DNA of 48,036 bases from a virus (taxonomy: Duplodnaviria > Caudoviricetes), in IMG/VR virus record IMGVR_UViG_3300012942_000009, positions 1 to 48,036 of that record, one strand, 5' to 3'. The position numbers were made by a program, and so were the translations under genes. The notes under the pieces are model-generated. The model made no database searches, was not told the DNA's origin, and was given only the letters and a program-made list of their open reading frames with translations. This document shows positions 1-8,944 of the stretch, piece by piece (position 1 is the stretch's first letter; each line of letters begins with the position of its first letter).

Positions 1-123
1 CACCGCGTGGCCGAGGGCGCGCACGCGGGGATGGAGGGCTTGCTGGCTTTTGCTGAGAGTGCCTCCGGGCGCCTTGAGTTCCAGCCACGCGATACGGCCA
101 TGGGGGCGGATGATACCCAAGTC
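1..123. repeat. Terminal direct repeat (left copy), identical to 47914-48036; most likely circular-assembly overlap
   Basis: 123 bp caccgcgtgg...cccaagtc matches the last 123 bp exactly; it falls inside a coding sequence that continues across the junction. Confidence 0.95.
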
Positions 124-279
124 CATCATCCCGGCGAGAACCCCCAGCCCCTTCAGGCGCCCGGCCTCGCGGGCGTTGCGCTTGCCGCCGTTGGGTACGT
201 GGAAAGGGATGGCGAGGGGATACGCGAGTGCCAATAACTTGAGCACCGCCATCTGGAAGGCGTCTTCGCGGTGGTTCAT
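1..279 (-). CDS. VRR-NUC (PD-(D/E)XK) nuclease, 5' part; continues at 48036-47842 (about 116 aa in total)
   Basis: ATG at 279 gives MNHREDAFQMAVLKLL...FHVPNGGKRNAREAGRLKGLGVLAGMMDL...LELKAPGGTLSKSQQ, the typical VRR-NUC motifs. Confidence 0.85.
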   Translation of the reverse strand, partial: MNHREDAFQMAVLKLLALAYPLAIPFHVPNGGKRNAREAGRLKGLGVLAGMMDLGIIRPHGRIAWLELKAPGGTLSKSQQALHPRVRALGHAV

Positions 280-677
280 GCGGGGTCTTTGACCTCCTTG
301 AACTGGTCGGGAAGGTAGATGTGCTGGAGGCCCGCGCCGTTGCCGTTCTCGTTGACCAGTTCCACCACGATGTGGGTGCCGCCGTCGAGCGCCGGGTAGG
401 AGACGCGCAGGATGCCCTCGAACTGGACCTTCCCCTTGATTTTGCGCACACGCTTGCCCATGTGGCGGCTCAACGAGAGATAGGCCGCAGCGAGAACACG
501 CAGGCCCTCGGGGTCAACGGCGGCGATGTCCTCCACCGTCTGGGTGCGGTCTTCAAGATTGAGGGCCACGGTGCGCGCCCAGTGGTGGGCGGCGGCGATG
601 ACCAGCGGCGCGGTGGTCTCGTTGAGCGTGAGGCCGTACAGGGCTTCGATGTGGGGGGAGTAGGGGGTGGCGGGCAT
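276..677 (-). CDS. Hypothetical phage protein
   Basis: Sub-ORF of 276..809 from MPATPYSPH; its stop overlaps the start of the VRR-NUC gene (coupled). Confidence 0.6.
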   Translation of the reverse strand: MPATPYSPHIEALYGLTLNETTAPLVIAAAHHWARTVALNLEDRTQTVEDIAAVDPEGLRVLAAAYLSLSRHMGKRVRKIKGKVQFEGILRVSYPALDGGTHIVVELVNENGNGAGLQHIYLPDQFKEVKDPA

Positions 678-693
678 GAGGGGAAACTTTCGG

Positions 694-1083
694 TCAGAGG
701 AAACTTTGCAGGCGCGTGAACAGGTTTTCATGGGTGACCTCCGCCACGATGCGCACCGGCACATCTCTGGCGCGGGCGGCAGCCACCATGTGCGCGGTGC
801 CGCGACCACCGGGGAAGGCCAGCACGAGGTCAGGCTTGAACTCTTCCAGCATCCACAGGTTGCGGATAATCCCAGCGGACTTACCGTGCTTCTTCCAGTA
901 AGCCGGATAGGTTATCCATGACTTGCCGTTCTGGATGGCCCACTCCTTGGCCAGCGCATCGGCGCCGCGCGCGCCACCTTGGGCAAGAATCTTAATGTCG
1001 TTGGCCATGTTGGACAAGGTGTTGAACACCAGTGTGCGGTTGGTGTAATCGCGGCCGCCTGTGACGAGGACTCTCAACGACAT
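694..1083 (-). CDS. SLOG-family protein (DUF2493/YspA-like)
   Basis: MSLRVLVTGGRDY...QGGARGADALA...AGIIRN..ML...PDLVLAFPGGRGTAHMV, the DUF2493 signature. Confidence 0.85.
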   Translation of the reverse strand: MSLRVLVTGGRDYTNRTLVFNTLSNMANDIKILAQGGARGADALAKEWAIQNGKSWITYPAYWKKHGKSAGIIRNLWMLEEFKPDLVLAFPGGRGTAHMVAAARARDVPVRIVAEVTHENLFTRLQSFL

Positions 1084-1325
1084 ACCCATTCTCCATGTCT
1101 GTATCCTATCCAACCACCTAAAACCAGAGGGACCATGAGCCATCGTGTGGGCCCGTGAACAAGGGATATAATCAGCGCCACGCCTTCGCCCAAGGAAAAC
1201 CAGACGAGGAACACGAAAGCGCGGAACACCAACTCCTGCAAACCACGGTCAGCGTTGAGTTCCCGTATAATATACTCGCTGCCTTTTTTACGATAAAAAC
1301 GGTTGTCGGCTTTATTCATCACCAT
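1074..1325 (-). CDS. Small membrane protein
   Basis: Hydrophobic segments; overlaps neighbouring genes in operon fashion. Confidence 0.55.
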   Translation of the reverse strand: MVMNKADNRFYRKKGSEYIIRELNADRGLQELVFRAFVFLVWFSLGEGVALIISLVHGPTRWLMVPLVLGGWIGYRHGEWVCR

Positions 1326-1665
1326 TTCCTTTCGCTTGGGCTAGGGCTTCGTCAATCGCGCGGATGGTGTGCGGTACGGTTCCATCACCGGGGCAACGGT
1401 GGCGCAATTCTGCTCTCGCCATTTCCAAAGCCTCCACCAAGGCTCGTGAACGTGCGTATTCCACATTCAGGTCGGCATTGATGCTCTCCATAAGCTCCAC
1501 CAGAGGCTTGGTGGCAGCGGTCACGGCTGCTTGCGTGTGGCGGTCTATGATGGCTTCAGTCCTTTCAACAAACTCATCTTTCCAGCCAGCCGGTACGGCA
1601 TAACCGAGTACGTCAATAATCTCCCGCGCCACATCGGCTGCGCTGGTGGGGTTACTGGTTGTCAT
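1312..1665 (-). CDS. Hypothetical protein, paralog of 5237..5656
   Basis: Shares SAADV, HTQAAV.AATKPLVE and ALAQAKG motifs and DNA repeats with 5237..5656. Confidence 0.7.
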   Translation of the reverse strand: MTTSNPTSAADVAREIIDVLGYAVPAGWKDEFVERTEAIIDRHTQAAVTAATKPLVELMESINADLNVEYARSRALVEALEMARAELRHRCPGDGTVPHTIRAIDEALAQAKGNGDE

Positions 1666-1879
1666 GGCTGGGGCTTTCGTTGGGTTCGTAATATTCCTTC
1701 CAAATCTCCCAATTCGGGGTGTGCTTAAAGCCATCTGCCGCGCAAATCCCGGCAGTGTCGCTTCTCATGCCGTTTGGCCATTCATAGGACTTGGTGAGCA
1801 TTCCGGTGCTGTATCGCACATGGCAATCCTCGCAGACGGCCCAGCCGTTTTGTCGGTTCCACCTGTGACGCTTGGCCAT
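1652..1879 (-). CDS. Small Cys-containing hypothetical protein (possible Zn ribbon)
   Basis: CEDCH motif; fits between neighbours with short overlaps. Confidence 0.5.
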   Translation of the reverse strand: MAKRHRWNRQNGWAVCEDCHVRYSTGMLTKSYEWPNGMRSDTAGICAADGFKHTPNWEIWKEYYEPNESPSHDNQ

Positions 1880-2503
1880 CTACACGCCCTCCACGACAGT
1901 TTCGGGCGACAGGGCGCGGATGGCTCGTTTAAGGCGCCCCGCGCGGTCACCGTTAGAACCGGTAGGAACACGGCAGTTAGCAGCAGCCTCCAAAGCCAGC
2001 CGAGCGCCTTCCAGCTTCGCTGCGCGTAGGGCGCTGTCGCATGCTGCAAATCCTTCTCGCGCAAGGCGTATGGTATTACCGTTTTGAGGGTCGCGGCCTT
2101 TAGCTACATTGAGGTAGATGTGGTGCGCGATAATCAATCTAAAGACATTTTTTACCGCCTCGGCACTCACTGGCTGGCTGGGCTGGGCTGCTACACCATG
2201 CACGGGGCATGTACGACGCAACTGCGCTTCAAAAGCTCCGTCGCCGCAACTAGGCGTTCCCATACAGGTACAAGAGTTCTCGACGCCGGGCAGCACAGAC
2301 AGCTTGCTGTCCAAGTGAGTCTCACTCACAGCCGGAGCCATCGCCAAAGCATCTGCTGCCTCTTCCAGTAAGTCGGCAATCCGGTCAGGTTCACCATTCA
2401 GTACACTCTTGCGATTTGGTATTTGGCGGCGTATTTCGGCACGCTTACGCAAACTTGCAACCAACTGTTCCGTCACGTTGAGTTTATTCGTTGGCATCTC
2501 CAT
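1880..2503 (-). CDS. Hypothetical protein (LRKRA...IRALSPET family)
   Basis: N- and C-terminal motifs shared with 5649..6083. Confidence 0.6.
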   Translation of the reverse strand: MEMPTNKLNVTEQLVASLRKRAEIRRQIPNRKSVLNGEPDRIADLLEEAADALAMAPAVSETHLDSKLSVLPGVENSCTCMGTPSCGDGAFEAQLRRTCPVHGVAAQPSQPVSAEAVKNVFRLIIAHHIYLNVAKGRDPQNGNTIRLAREGFAACDSALRAAKLEGARLALEAAANCRVPTGSNGDRAGRLKRAIRALSPETVVEGV

Positions 2504-2632
2504 GGCTTTCGTTGTTTGAGGTATGACATGCTTGATGATTGAGGTGGTTTTTGGCGGCATCCACCAAATCCGGCTCACCGTGAAAGGCGATAATCAGAAG
2601 CGCGCACGACAGGTAGAACAAGCCGTTCTCCA

Positions 2633-3040
2633 TTATTCCTCCGCCGCAGCAAAGCCGCTCGGCTTCGGCATCAGGCCAAAGCGGGTGGAACCGTCTTTCT
2701 GGTGTTCCTCCACCATCACAAAATCCTCTATGCGCGCTTCGGGATTCTGGGTCAGGAACGCGGCGATGAAGTTGTCGCGTTGCTGCATGCAGCGGGCGAC
2801 GTGCTCACGAACGAAGGCGTTAAGTTCGAGGCTACCCTTGGCCGACAGGGTTATCGGACCCGGGCCCATGGGCAGGCCGCTCTCATCGAAAACCTGTGCT
2901 CCAACAGGCTGAAGAGCAGGGAGTTCGCGTGAGAAGTAGGCATCGGCTTGGCGTGCGGTCTTGCCTTGCAGGTGAATATCCTCGCGGGACTGGGTGTGGC
3001 CGCCGAGATAGTGGTGACTGTCATTGCGGTGGTTGAACAT
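2633..3040 (-). CDS. Hypothetical protein
   Basis: 135-aa ORF with AAGGA-like RBS upstream. Confidence 0.55.
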   Translation of the reverse strand: MFNHRNDSHHYLGGHTQSREDIHLQGKTARQADAYFSRELPALQPVGAQVFDESGLPMGPGPITLSAKGSLELNAFVREHVARCMQQRDNFIAAFLTQNPEARIEDFVMVEEHQKDGSTRFGLMPKPSGFAAAEE

Positions 3041-3141
3041 GGGTCTGTCCTTTCTTATTGGGAACCGTTATGGCGTATTTTTCACCGCCTCGCTTCAACA
3101 TACCGTTGCTTTTTGATGGATGCAACTGTATAGTGCATTTT

Positions 3142-3393
3142 ATGGACACAAACTCACAATCCCCCGGCATCGCGCCGGAACCAACATGGTCGGCCGACAA
3201 TCCTGCCGACACCATCAGCGATGCCATGGCCATCCTAGGCTACAACAACAAGCAACTCGGCAATATCATCGGCAACCACCGCAACACCGTGGGCGATTGG
3301 GTCAACGGCGTGCGCCCGGCGCCGAGGGTTGTGCGCGTCCTTCTGGAAGAGCGTATAAAGCTTTTATCCATCGTCAAGAGAATCACCGTCTAG
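3142..3393 (+). CDS. Cro/XRE-like helix-turn-helix regulator
   Basis: AMAILGYNNKQLGNIIGNHRNTVGDWVNGVRPAP is an XRE-type HTH; a 19-bp operator-like site lies immediately upstream (3120-3138). Confidence 0.75.
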   Translation: MDTNSQSPGIAPEPTWSADNPADTISDAMAILGYNNKQLGNIIGNHRNTVGDWVNGVRPAPRVVRVLLEERIKLLSIVKRITV

Positions 3394-3415
3394 ACTGTAT
3401 CATAAAACTCATTCT

Positions 3416-3437
3416 GAGAGGCGCCTAGGCGCCTCTC
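3416..3437. terminator. Perfect palindrome between convergent genes; probable bidirectional terminator or hairpin
   Basis: GAGAGGCGCCTAGGCGCCTCTC. Confidence 0.5.
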
Positions 3438-3444
3438 GTGCTAT

Positions 3445-3882
3445 TTATACACCAGCCATCATGTGCTGTTTGAACGCCGCCACGTAATCCACCTCCCGCG
3501 GACTCAGGATGTCGCCACGGCGGCGTTTGTCCAAAAGCTCCTGAAACAGCACCGGCGACCACACCGGTTGCGGCGCGATAAGCTGGCGGATGTCGTAGGG
3601 CGTGGGAAACTCGCTGGACTTGGAGAGCCATGTCGCCAGCGCCTGCACCACCTCCTGCGGCGCGTAATCCTGCAACGCCCGGCAGAAGATGGCGGTCATG
3701 GCGCGGATGTCCTCGCCCTGCCGTCCGTAGGTCCGCTGCACCATCAGGCAGGCGCCGAGGCTCGCAGCGATGGCGCGCTGGTGCTCCGGCTGATAGGCGC
3801 CGATGGCGACCGGGTTATTCGCCGATGGCGGCAATCTGGCTGGCGATGGTTTCGGTGAGGGACGGTTTGCTGCGTCGGTCAT
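3445..3882 (-). CDS. Helicase loader/inhibitor (lambda P / SPP1 G39P-like)
   Basis: Directly downstream of the replication initiator; ALQDYAPQEVVQAL..WL...SEFPTPYDIRQLI pattern; AAGGAG RBS before ATG 3882. Confidence 0.6.
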   Translation of the reverse strand: MTDAANRPSPKPSPARLPPSANNPVAIGAYQPEHQRAIAASLGACLMVQRTYGRQGEDIRAMTAIFCRALQDYAPQEVVQALATWLSKSSEFPTPYDIRQLIAPQPVWSPVLFQELLDKRRRGDILSPREVDYVAAFKQHMMAGV

Positions 3883-4549
3883 GATTTTTCTCCTTGGTTG
3901 AAAACACGCTCTGCCAGCCGCGTTCGATGGACTGGTTGAGCACGGCGTCGGCACTCTCGCCACGGCCATGCAGGTCGGCCAGCCTGACGATGATGAGCTT
4001 CTTGGCATGGTCGGTCATCGGTTTGCGCAGGCGTTGCCGGTGCTCCACGAAGGCTCGCCACACCTCGGGGTTCACCCAGACGGGCAGCGTGAACGTATCG
4101 GATGGGGGTAGGGGGTGAGGGGTTATAGGGGATACATCCCCTATATATTCTGCATCTGTATCTGGGCGTTCGGTTGCGTTCGGTTGCGTTCGGTTGCGTT
4201 CGGCTTTTTTGTGCTCACGCCATTGTTTCGCGCGTTCTGCGCTGTCATCCTCGCGTTTAGGCTGTCGCTTCGCCCAATTTTTAATGCGTTCTCCCTCCAG
4301 AAAACGGCCTTGCATTGCCTCTTTTATGCGCACTACGAACCCCGTTTCCATATCCAATGCAGAGGCAATGTGTTCGGTGTTGTTCGGTTGCGTTCGCCCG
4401 CGTTCGGTTGCGTTCGCACTCGCCTCGGTCAACAGGTGCAGGGCCACGGCAATCACGTCAGAGATGGAGGTTTGGGACTCGCGGGCGATGGTGCGCCACT
4501 TCGGGTCATTGGGCATTTCGTGCCAGAGTCGGAACCAACTGGTCGTCAT
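3815..4549 (-). CDS. Phage replication initiator (lambda O-like)
   Basis: N-term SWFRLWHEMPNDPKW, central WAKRQ...SAERAKQWRE, C-term LPVWVNPEVWRAFVEHR..LRKPMT...LNQSIERGWQSVF; contains iterons. Confidence 0.85.
   Translation of the reverse strand: MTTSWFRLWHEMPNDPKWRTIARESQTSISDVIAVALHLLTEASANATERGRTQPNNTEHIASALDMETGFVVRIKEAMQGRFLEGERIKNWAKRQPKREDDSAERAKQWREHKKAERNRTQPNATERPDTDAEYIGDVSPITPHPLPPSDTFTLPVWVNPEVWRAFVEHRQRLRKPMTDHAKKLIIVRLADLHGRGESADAVLNQSIERGWQSVFSTKEKNHDRRSKPSLTETIASQIAAIGE
4166..4420. repeat. Replication-origin iterons: 10-bp GCGTTCGGTT tandem repeats in two clusters (4166-4203, 4371-4420)
   Basis: Three perfect copies plus one partial at 4166-4203; degenerate copies at 4371-4420; located inside the initiator gene as in lambdoid origins. 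Confidence 0.7.
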
Positions 4550-4678
4550 GAGGGATGTACCTTGTCTTATTAGAGTCCAGCGTACCGAGGGGAATTGGAC
4601 AGGGCGGTGCGGTACGCGACAACCGCCCTTCCGGATTAAGGCAACATCTCCTACTCACCCGCAAGGCACATGCCGCTT

Positions 4679-5011
4679 TTAACGACAGTCTTCCGAGGCG
4701 GCCGGGACGAGCATCTTGTAACGGATGTCCAAGGCCCACCCGGCCGCAGTGGCATACTGGTGGCCCTCGCCGCTGGGCATGCGGCAGGTGACAATATTCG
4801 GGTGGTATCCAGCCGCCTGCGCGCCAAGGAAATAGTTGTAGGCGAACACGCTGCAATTGCCACTGCCGCGCTCCACCCGGCGCATGTCCCAGCCTGCGTA
4901 ATGACGGTAGACGATGCGGCTGTCCACATCGTGTTTCACCTGCACCAGAGGCAACGGCGCCTGCACGCAGGCGCCGAGACTAAGAACGGCCAGAAGCAGG
5001 GGCGGTTTCAT
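4679..5011 (-). CDS. Lipoprotein with transglutaminase-like cysteine protease motifs
   Basis: Signal peptide and lipobox (LSLGAC); GNCSVFA, GHQY and WALD give a Cys-His-Asp triad pattern. Confidence 0.6.
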   Translation of the reverse strand: MKPPLLLAVLSLGACVQAPLPLVQVKHDVDSRIVYRHYAGWDMRRVERGSGNCSVFAYNYFLGAQAAGYHPNIVTCRMPSGEGHQYATAAGWALDIRYKMLVPAASEDCR

Positions 5012-5243
5012 CGCGCAGCCCTTTCGCCAAGCCCACCAATTTAGGCCGGTAGTATTTACGATATAACCACGGCGTGACATGCAGGATTATCCAGCTGAAT
5101 ATCCATGAGAATAGAATCCAGTTATAGGGCACGCTCCAGCCAACCGTTTTTGCAATTTCAAAAGACAAGGCGATGAAACATGTCCAAATTATCACGCCGG
5201 TGAGGAAATGTATGGTTCCCACAATGAAGATAAAAACTAGCAC
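4980..5243 (-). CDS. Small membrane protein
   Basis: GTG start coupled to the upstream stop; hydrophobic helices. Confidence 0.5.
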   Translation of the reverse strand: MLVFIFIVGTIHFLTGVIIWTCFIALSFEIAKTVGWSVPYNWILFSWIFSWIILHVTPWLYRKYYRPKLVGLAKGLRDETAPASGRS

Positions 5244-5656
5244 GGCTTTTGCCCTTTCGCTTGGGCTAGGGCTTGCTCGGCAATGGAGGCATTGTCTTCG
5301 TGGTAGCCATGAGCGACGTGGCGACCGCAATTTAAGGCATGGTCCGAGTTGGCCCGTATCTTCTCCAAAGCCTCCACCAGAGGCTTGGTGGCAGCGTCCA
5401 CGGCTGCTTGCGTGTGGTGGGTGAGAATGGCTTCAATAACATTGTCCTCCAGTATTTCAACTGAACAACCACAGACTCCGCACGGCCCTCTATTTGCGAC
5501 CGCCTTAATCTCGCGCACCACATCGGCTGCGCTGGACAGCGATTTAGCACCACAAGACGGGCAACACTCGTCAACCGGAAAGCTGGATTTTTGCCTGCAA
5601 TTCGGTTCATGGCAGAACGTGTAAAGCACATCGGCTGTGCTGGTGGGGTTAGTCAT
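5237..5656 (-). CDS. Hypothetical protein with Cys-rich inserts, paralog of 1312..1665
   Basis: CHEPNC/CCPSC and CGVC motifs inserted in the shared scaffold. Confidence 0.65.
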   Translation of the reverse strand: MTNPTSTADVLYTFCHEPNCRQKSSFPVDECCPSCGAKSLSSAADVVREIKAVANRGPCGVCGCSVEILEDNVIEAILTHHTQAAVDAATKPLVEALEKIRANSDHALNCGRHVAHGYHEDNASIAEQALAQAKGQKPC

Positions 5657-6083
5657 GGGTAGGGCTTTCGTTGATTATGGTTTCGGGCGACAGGGCGCGG
5701 ATGGTTTCAGCGCCGGTTAAACAGGCTACACAGGCGGGCTGGAACAAATCTAACTGGTTCGGCGTCTTGCGCTTAATAGGGCACTTATCATCCCATCCCC
5801 AGCCATGTTTCACCTTTACCTCGGCCTCCAAGGCATCCAGCCACTTTCCCCATTCAGGATAAAGGTGTGCGGCCTCGGCGCGTTCAAGCCCACTTTGGGT
5901 TGTGCCACACATACACTCGCCAGAACGGCATAATGCCTTAGCCACCGGGTTAATCGCTACTTCGCGGCTTTGCAGATATTCATCGCGTTGCTGCTGGTTC
6001 CAATCGTGAATGAGGTTAAACCAGATGTTGTTAGGGGCGGCGGGGTCAGCGCGTTTGCGCAGGCGTTCGACAAGGTTAGGCAT
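5649..6083 (-). CDS. Chimeric hypothetical protein containing a PAPS-reductase-like C-terminal fragment
   Basis: I.DW.......Y........NPVAKALCRSGECMCG...ERAEAAHLYPEW resembles C-termini of phage PAPS-reductase-family proteins; no N-terminal SGGxDS motif. Confidence 0.5.
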   Translation of the reverse strand: MPNLVERLRKRADPAAPNNIWFNLIHDWNQQQRDEYLQSREVAINPVAKALCRSGECMCGTTQSGLERAEAAHLYPEWGKWLDALEAEVKVKHGWGWDDKCPIKRKTPNQLDLFQPACVACLTGAETIRALSPETIINESPTHD

Positions 6084-6588
6084 GGTCGTTTCCTCCTTTG
6101 TTAATCTCGGTATCAATCAGGCGCAGCAGGTCCTGCGGTGTCACCCAACCGAAGTGGGTGTCGATGTGCTTGGCCAGCAGGTCCTTGATGTGCAGCATGC
6201 CGTCACGGCGGCCGCTCTCATACTTGCCCGGCGCCTTGGGCGGCTTGCGGTAGGGCACGCCGGTGGTCACATACACGGTGTGGGCGGCGTGGGTGTGCGG
6301 GCAATCGCGGCGCAGCTCGGTCTTCATCACGCAGCCTGCGCGCAGCAGGTCGTTCAGGCGCGCGGTGATGGTTTGCTTGGGCAGGTGCAACTGCTCCACC
6401 AGTTCAAAGCTGGTGGCATCGCCATCACCAATGGCGGCGAGGATACGCTCACCATCGGTCTTCACTCGCGGCGCCACCTGCTCGGCGGCAGCCATGCTGG
6501 TGTCGGTGCCATTGTGTTGCGGCCGGTCGAACTCCAAGCACGCTTGGCTGGTGAAGAACTGGGTGAACTTGGGGTGAGGGTTATTCAT
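6076..6588 (-). CDS. Winged-helix DNA-binding protein
   Basis: DTSMAAAE...ILAAI...ATSFELVEQLHLPKQTITARLNDLLRAG. Confidence 0.65.
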   Translation of the reverse strand: MNNPHPKFTQFFTSQACLEFDRPQHNGTDTSMAAAEQVAPRVKTDGERILAAIGDGDATSFELVEQLHLPKQTITARLNDLLRAGCVMKTELRRDCPHTHAAHTVYVTTGVPYRKPPKAPGKYESGRRDGMLHIKDLLAKHIDTHFGWVTPQDLLRLIDTEINKGGNDHA

Positions 6589-6787
6589 TGTTCTTGTCCT
6601 CGTTGGGTTAAAGCGCGGGCGGCGGCAATAGGGGTGCCTCGGCCAGTTGCAACTGGTGGCGCAGGGAGGCTGCCTCGGCCCCAGCCTGCCGGGCGTCATA
6701 GCCCCACAGCAGGTTCATGCCGGTAATGGTCAGCATCACCGCCAGCAGGAAGAAGCGGTACGTCCATTTGAGGTCGTGAGCGGTCAT

Positions 6788-7207
6788 TTAGAGAGCCTCC
6801 CTTTTGACAAGTTTGGCAATGGCCTTTTCTAAGTCATCTATGTCGATGTCCTCAAGTTGCTCGGCGAAGGCCAAGGTGTTCTTGATGTAAGGCTCCAGCG
6901 ACGAGCTATAATCGCTAATGACGTCCCAACCATCGTTGCCGAACACGATGCGCACGAACTCGTCGGCTAGGCGGTCGGAGCCCACCCTTTTGGGTTTCTT
7001 CCACACCAGCAGGTGGCCCTCATCGTAATTGAACATGCCGTCAGTGCCGTGGAGAAGCTCAGCAGGGACGCGGTGTGCGCCAATATCCTCTATTTCTAGG
7101 TCACCGCCATCCCACGCAAGGAAGAAACCGTGGTGGATGAGTTCCTTCACCAGCGAGCGGCAAATGGCGCGCTCGATGGCAATGCACAGGTTAAGTCCGT
7201 TGCTCAT
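6788..7207 (-). CDS. Hypothetical early protein
   Basis: GGAGG RBS; acidic C-term with FGNDGWDVISDYS motif. Confidence 0.65.
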   Translation of the reverse strand: MSNGLNLCIAIERAICRSLVKELIHHGFFLAWDGGDLEIEDIGAHRVPAELLHGTDGMFNYDEGHLLVWKKPKRVGSDRLADEFVRIVFGNDGWDVISDYSSSLEPYIKNTLAFAEQLEDIDIDDLEKAIAKLVKREAL

Positions 7208-7208
7208 G

Positions 7209-7475
7209 CTATTTGCCCTCCGCTTTGGCGAGGGCGGCGGGAAGCCGGACGTTTTCAAAATCCGAAGGCAGATATTTACTCGCGATGCGGTCTGCGTGTT
7301 GAAGGTCACTTTCTACGAAAAATCCCACGAGGTCTGCCCCGGAGATGGCACCAGCCGTTTCATCGTAATAATCATGTTCATGACTATAAATGGCGCGCAA
7401 CTCAACGCCATCCTTTACAATGGTGGTTTCCGCCGTTGTAAGGGGGAAGGTTAAGGGTGTAGGTGTGTGGTTCAT
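7209..7475 (-). CDS. Hypothetical early protein
   Basis: GGAGG RBS, operon-like spacing. Confidence 0.6.
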   Translation of the reverse strand: MNHTPTPLTFPLTTAETTIVKDGVELRAIYSHEHDYYDETAGAISGADLVGFFVESDLQHADRIASKYLPSDFENVRLPAALAKAEGK

Positions 7476-7477
7476 GG

Positions 7478-7711
7478 TTACGCCTCCACACTTTGGGTAT
7501 TGGCAATGTAAGTGCCGCGCGCACTCATCCAGAGGGCATCATTTTCTTTGGGTGCGCGGGCTCCTAGTATCTGGGTTACCAGCATGCGGCCTTCCCAAGC
7601 ATGGATGGCGGCAAACTGGTCAGCCGCCTCGCGAGCGTTATAGGACCATATGGCCACAGGTAAACCAGTTACCGGAACATCACGGGTTATAAGATAAAGC
7701 GATTTCTTCAT
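7478..7711 (-). CDS. Hypothetical early protein
   Basis: AAGGA RBS; first gene after the leftward promoter. Confidence 0.6.
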   Translation of the reverse strand: MKKSLYLITRDVPVTGLPVAIWSYNAREAADQFAAIHAWEGRMLVTQILGARAPKENDALWMSARGTYIANTQSVEA

Positions 7712-7739
7712 GGTGTTTTCCTTTCATGTTGGTATCTGG

Positions 7740-7805
7740 CTTATGCCATACCATTGTGCATTTGTAAATAGGTCTTGCACTATTTTACGGCGTATGCTTT
7801 TATGC
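7740..7805. promoter_or_regulatory. Divergent early promoter region with two 19-bp operator-like sites (7743-7761, 7775-7793)
   Basis: AT-rich intergenic region between divergent operons; minus strand TTTACA-N17-CATAAG; plus strand TTGCAC at 7775. Confidence 0.6.
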
Positions 7806-7828
7806 GGACACAACAGAAAGGAACCAAC

Positions 7829-8077
7829 ATGAAGAAAACCGATATGACCTACCTGAGCATGCTGCAAGGTAGCCTTAACGAGGCGTGCGAGCGCGTTACT
7901 GTTTTATTCGATGGCGCTCAGGAGGCCTTTGATTCACGAAGTGAAAAGTGGCAAGAGAGTGAAAAAGGAGATGAGATGCAGGAACGTATCAGCCATCTGG
8001 AAACGATAACCACAAACCTCGAAGATGCCATCATCGCTCTTGAAGAACTGACCGGCAATTTCGAGTTCGAGAAATAG
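7829..8077 (+). CDS. Hypothetical coiled-coil protein
   Basis: AAGGA RBS; QEAFDSRSEKWQESEKGDEMQERI motif. Confidence 0.7.
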   Translation: MKKTDMTYLSMLQGSLNEACERVTVLFDGAQEAFDSRSEKWQESEKGDEMQERISHLETITTNLEDAIIALEELTGNFEFEK

Positions 8078-8087
8078 GAGAATAAGT

Positions 8088-8942
8088 ATGGCCCAAATCA
8101 TTCCCTCCACCGAAATGCCTGCGGAGAAGTACCACGCGCATCCCTCCCTCAGTTGCAGCCTCATCAAGTTGCTCTCTTCCAAGCAGACGCCCGTGGACTT
8201 CTGGCGCGCAAGCTGGATGAACCCGCACCGCGAGGACGAACAGAACGATTCCATCGCCAAGAAGTTCGGCCGCGCTGCGCACATGCTCCTGCTCGAAGGG
8301 CAGGATGTGTTCGATACCCACTGGACGGTTAAAAAGGGCGTGGGTTCCACCAAGGAAGACGGCAAGCTAGGCGAAGAGGAAATGGATACCCTCAAGGGCA
8401 TCCGCGACGCCCTGCTCGGCGACACCCTCGCCGGAGCCATCATCCCCGGCTGCCAGTCCGAGGTCAGTATGTTCGCCGAGGTGGACCTTGAAGTCGGAGG
8501 CAATCAGGTGAAGATTCCCGCGCGCTGCCGCCACGACCTGTGGAAGCCGCAGTACTCGGCGGACCTCAAGTTCATGGATGAAGTGACCGAAGAAAGCGTG
8601 GCCAAGGCTATCGCCAATTACGGCTACGATATTCAGGCGCATTGGTATCCGCGCATCATGGCCAAGTGCCAGCCGCAACTGGAACACCAGAACTTCATCA
8701 CCATCTTCGTGGAAAAGCGCAAGCGCAATCCCAAGGTGCTCTGTGTCACCTACCACGATAGCGTCCTTACCACTGTGCGCTTGCGCGTGGACGAGCGCCT
8801 CAAGCGGTTCTACACACTTCTCCAGACGCACGGCGAGAAGGAGTGGCCGGGCTTCCAATCACGAATTTACAATGTCTTCACGCCCGGTTCCGGCGATGGC
8901 ATGGGACTGGAACTCCCGCGTTACTGGGACTACATGGATTAA
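8088..8942 (+). CDS. RecE/exonuclease VIII-like PD-(D/E)XK nuclease (DUF3799)
   Basis: YHAHPSLSCS, FGRAAHMLLLE, RCRHD...DLK, YGYDIQAHWY, FVEK motifs. Confidence 0.85.
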   Translation: MAQIIPSTEMPAEKYHAHPSLSCSLIKLLSSKQTPVDFWRASWMNPHREDEQNDSIAKKFGRAAHMLLLEGQDVFDTHWTVKKGVGSTKEDGKLGEEEMDTLKGIRDALLGDTLAGAIIPGCQSEVSMFAEVDLEVGGNQVKIPARCRHDLWKPQYSADLKFMDEVTEESVAKAIANYGYDIQAHWYPRIMAKCQPQLEHQNFITIFVEKRKRNPKVLCVTYHDSVLTTVRLRVDERLKRFYTLLQTHGEKEWPGFQSRIYNVFTPGSGDGMGLELPRYWDYMD

Positions 8943-8944
8943 CA

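Noticed and set aside
1-123. Biological direct terminal repeat of the virion DNA
   Set aside because: It lies in the middle of a gene and the Sf6-like terminase suggests headful packaging; assembly overlap is more parsimonious, though read data are needed to be sure
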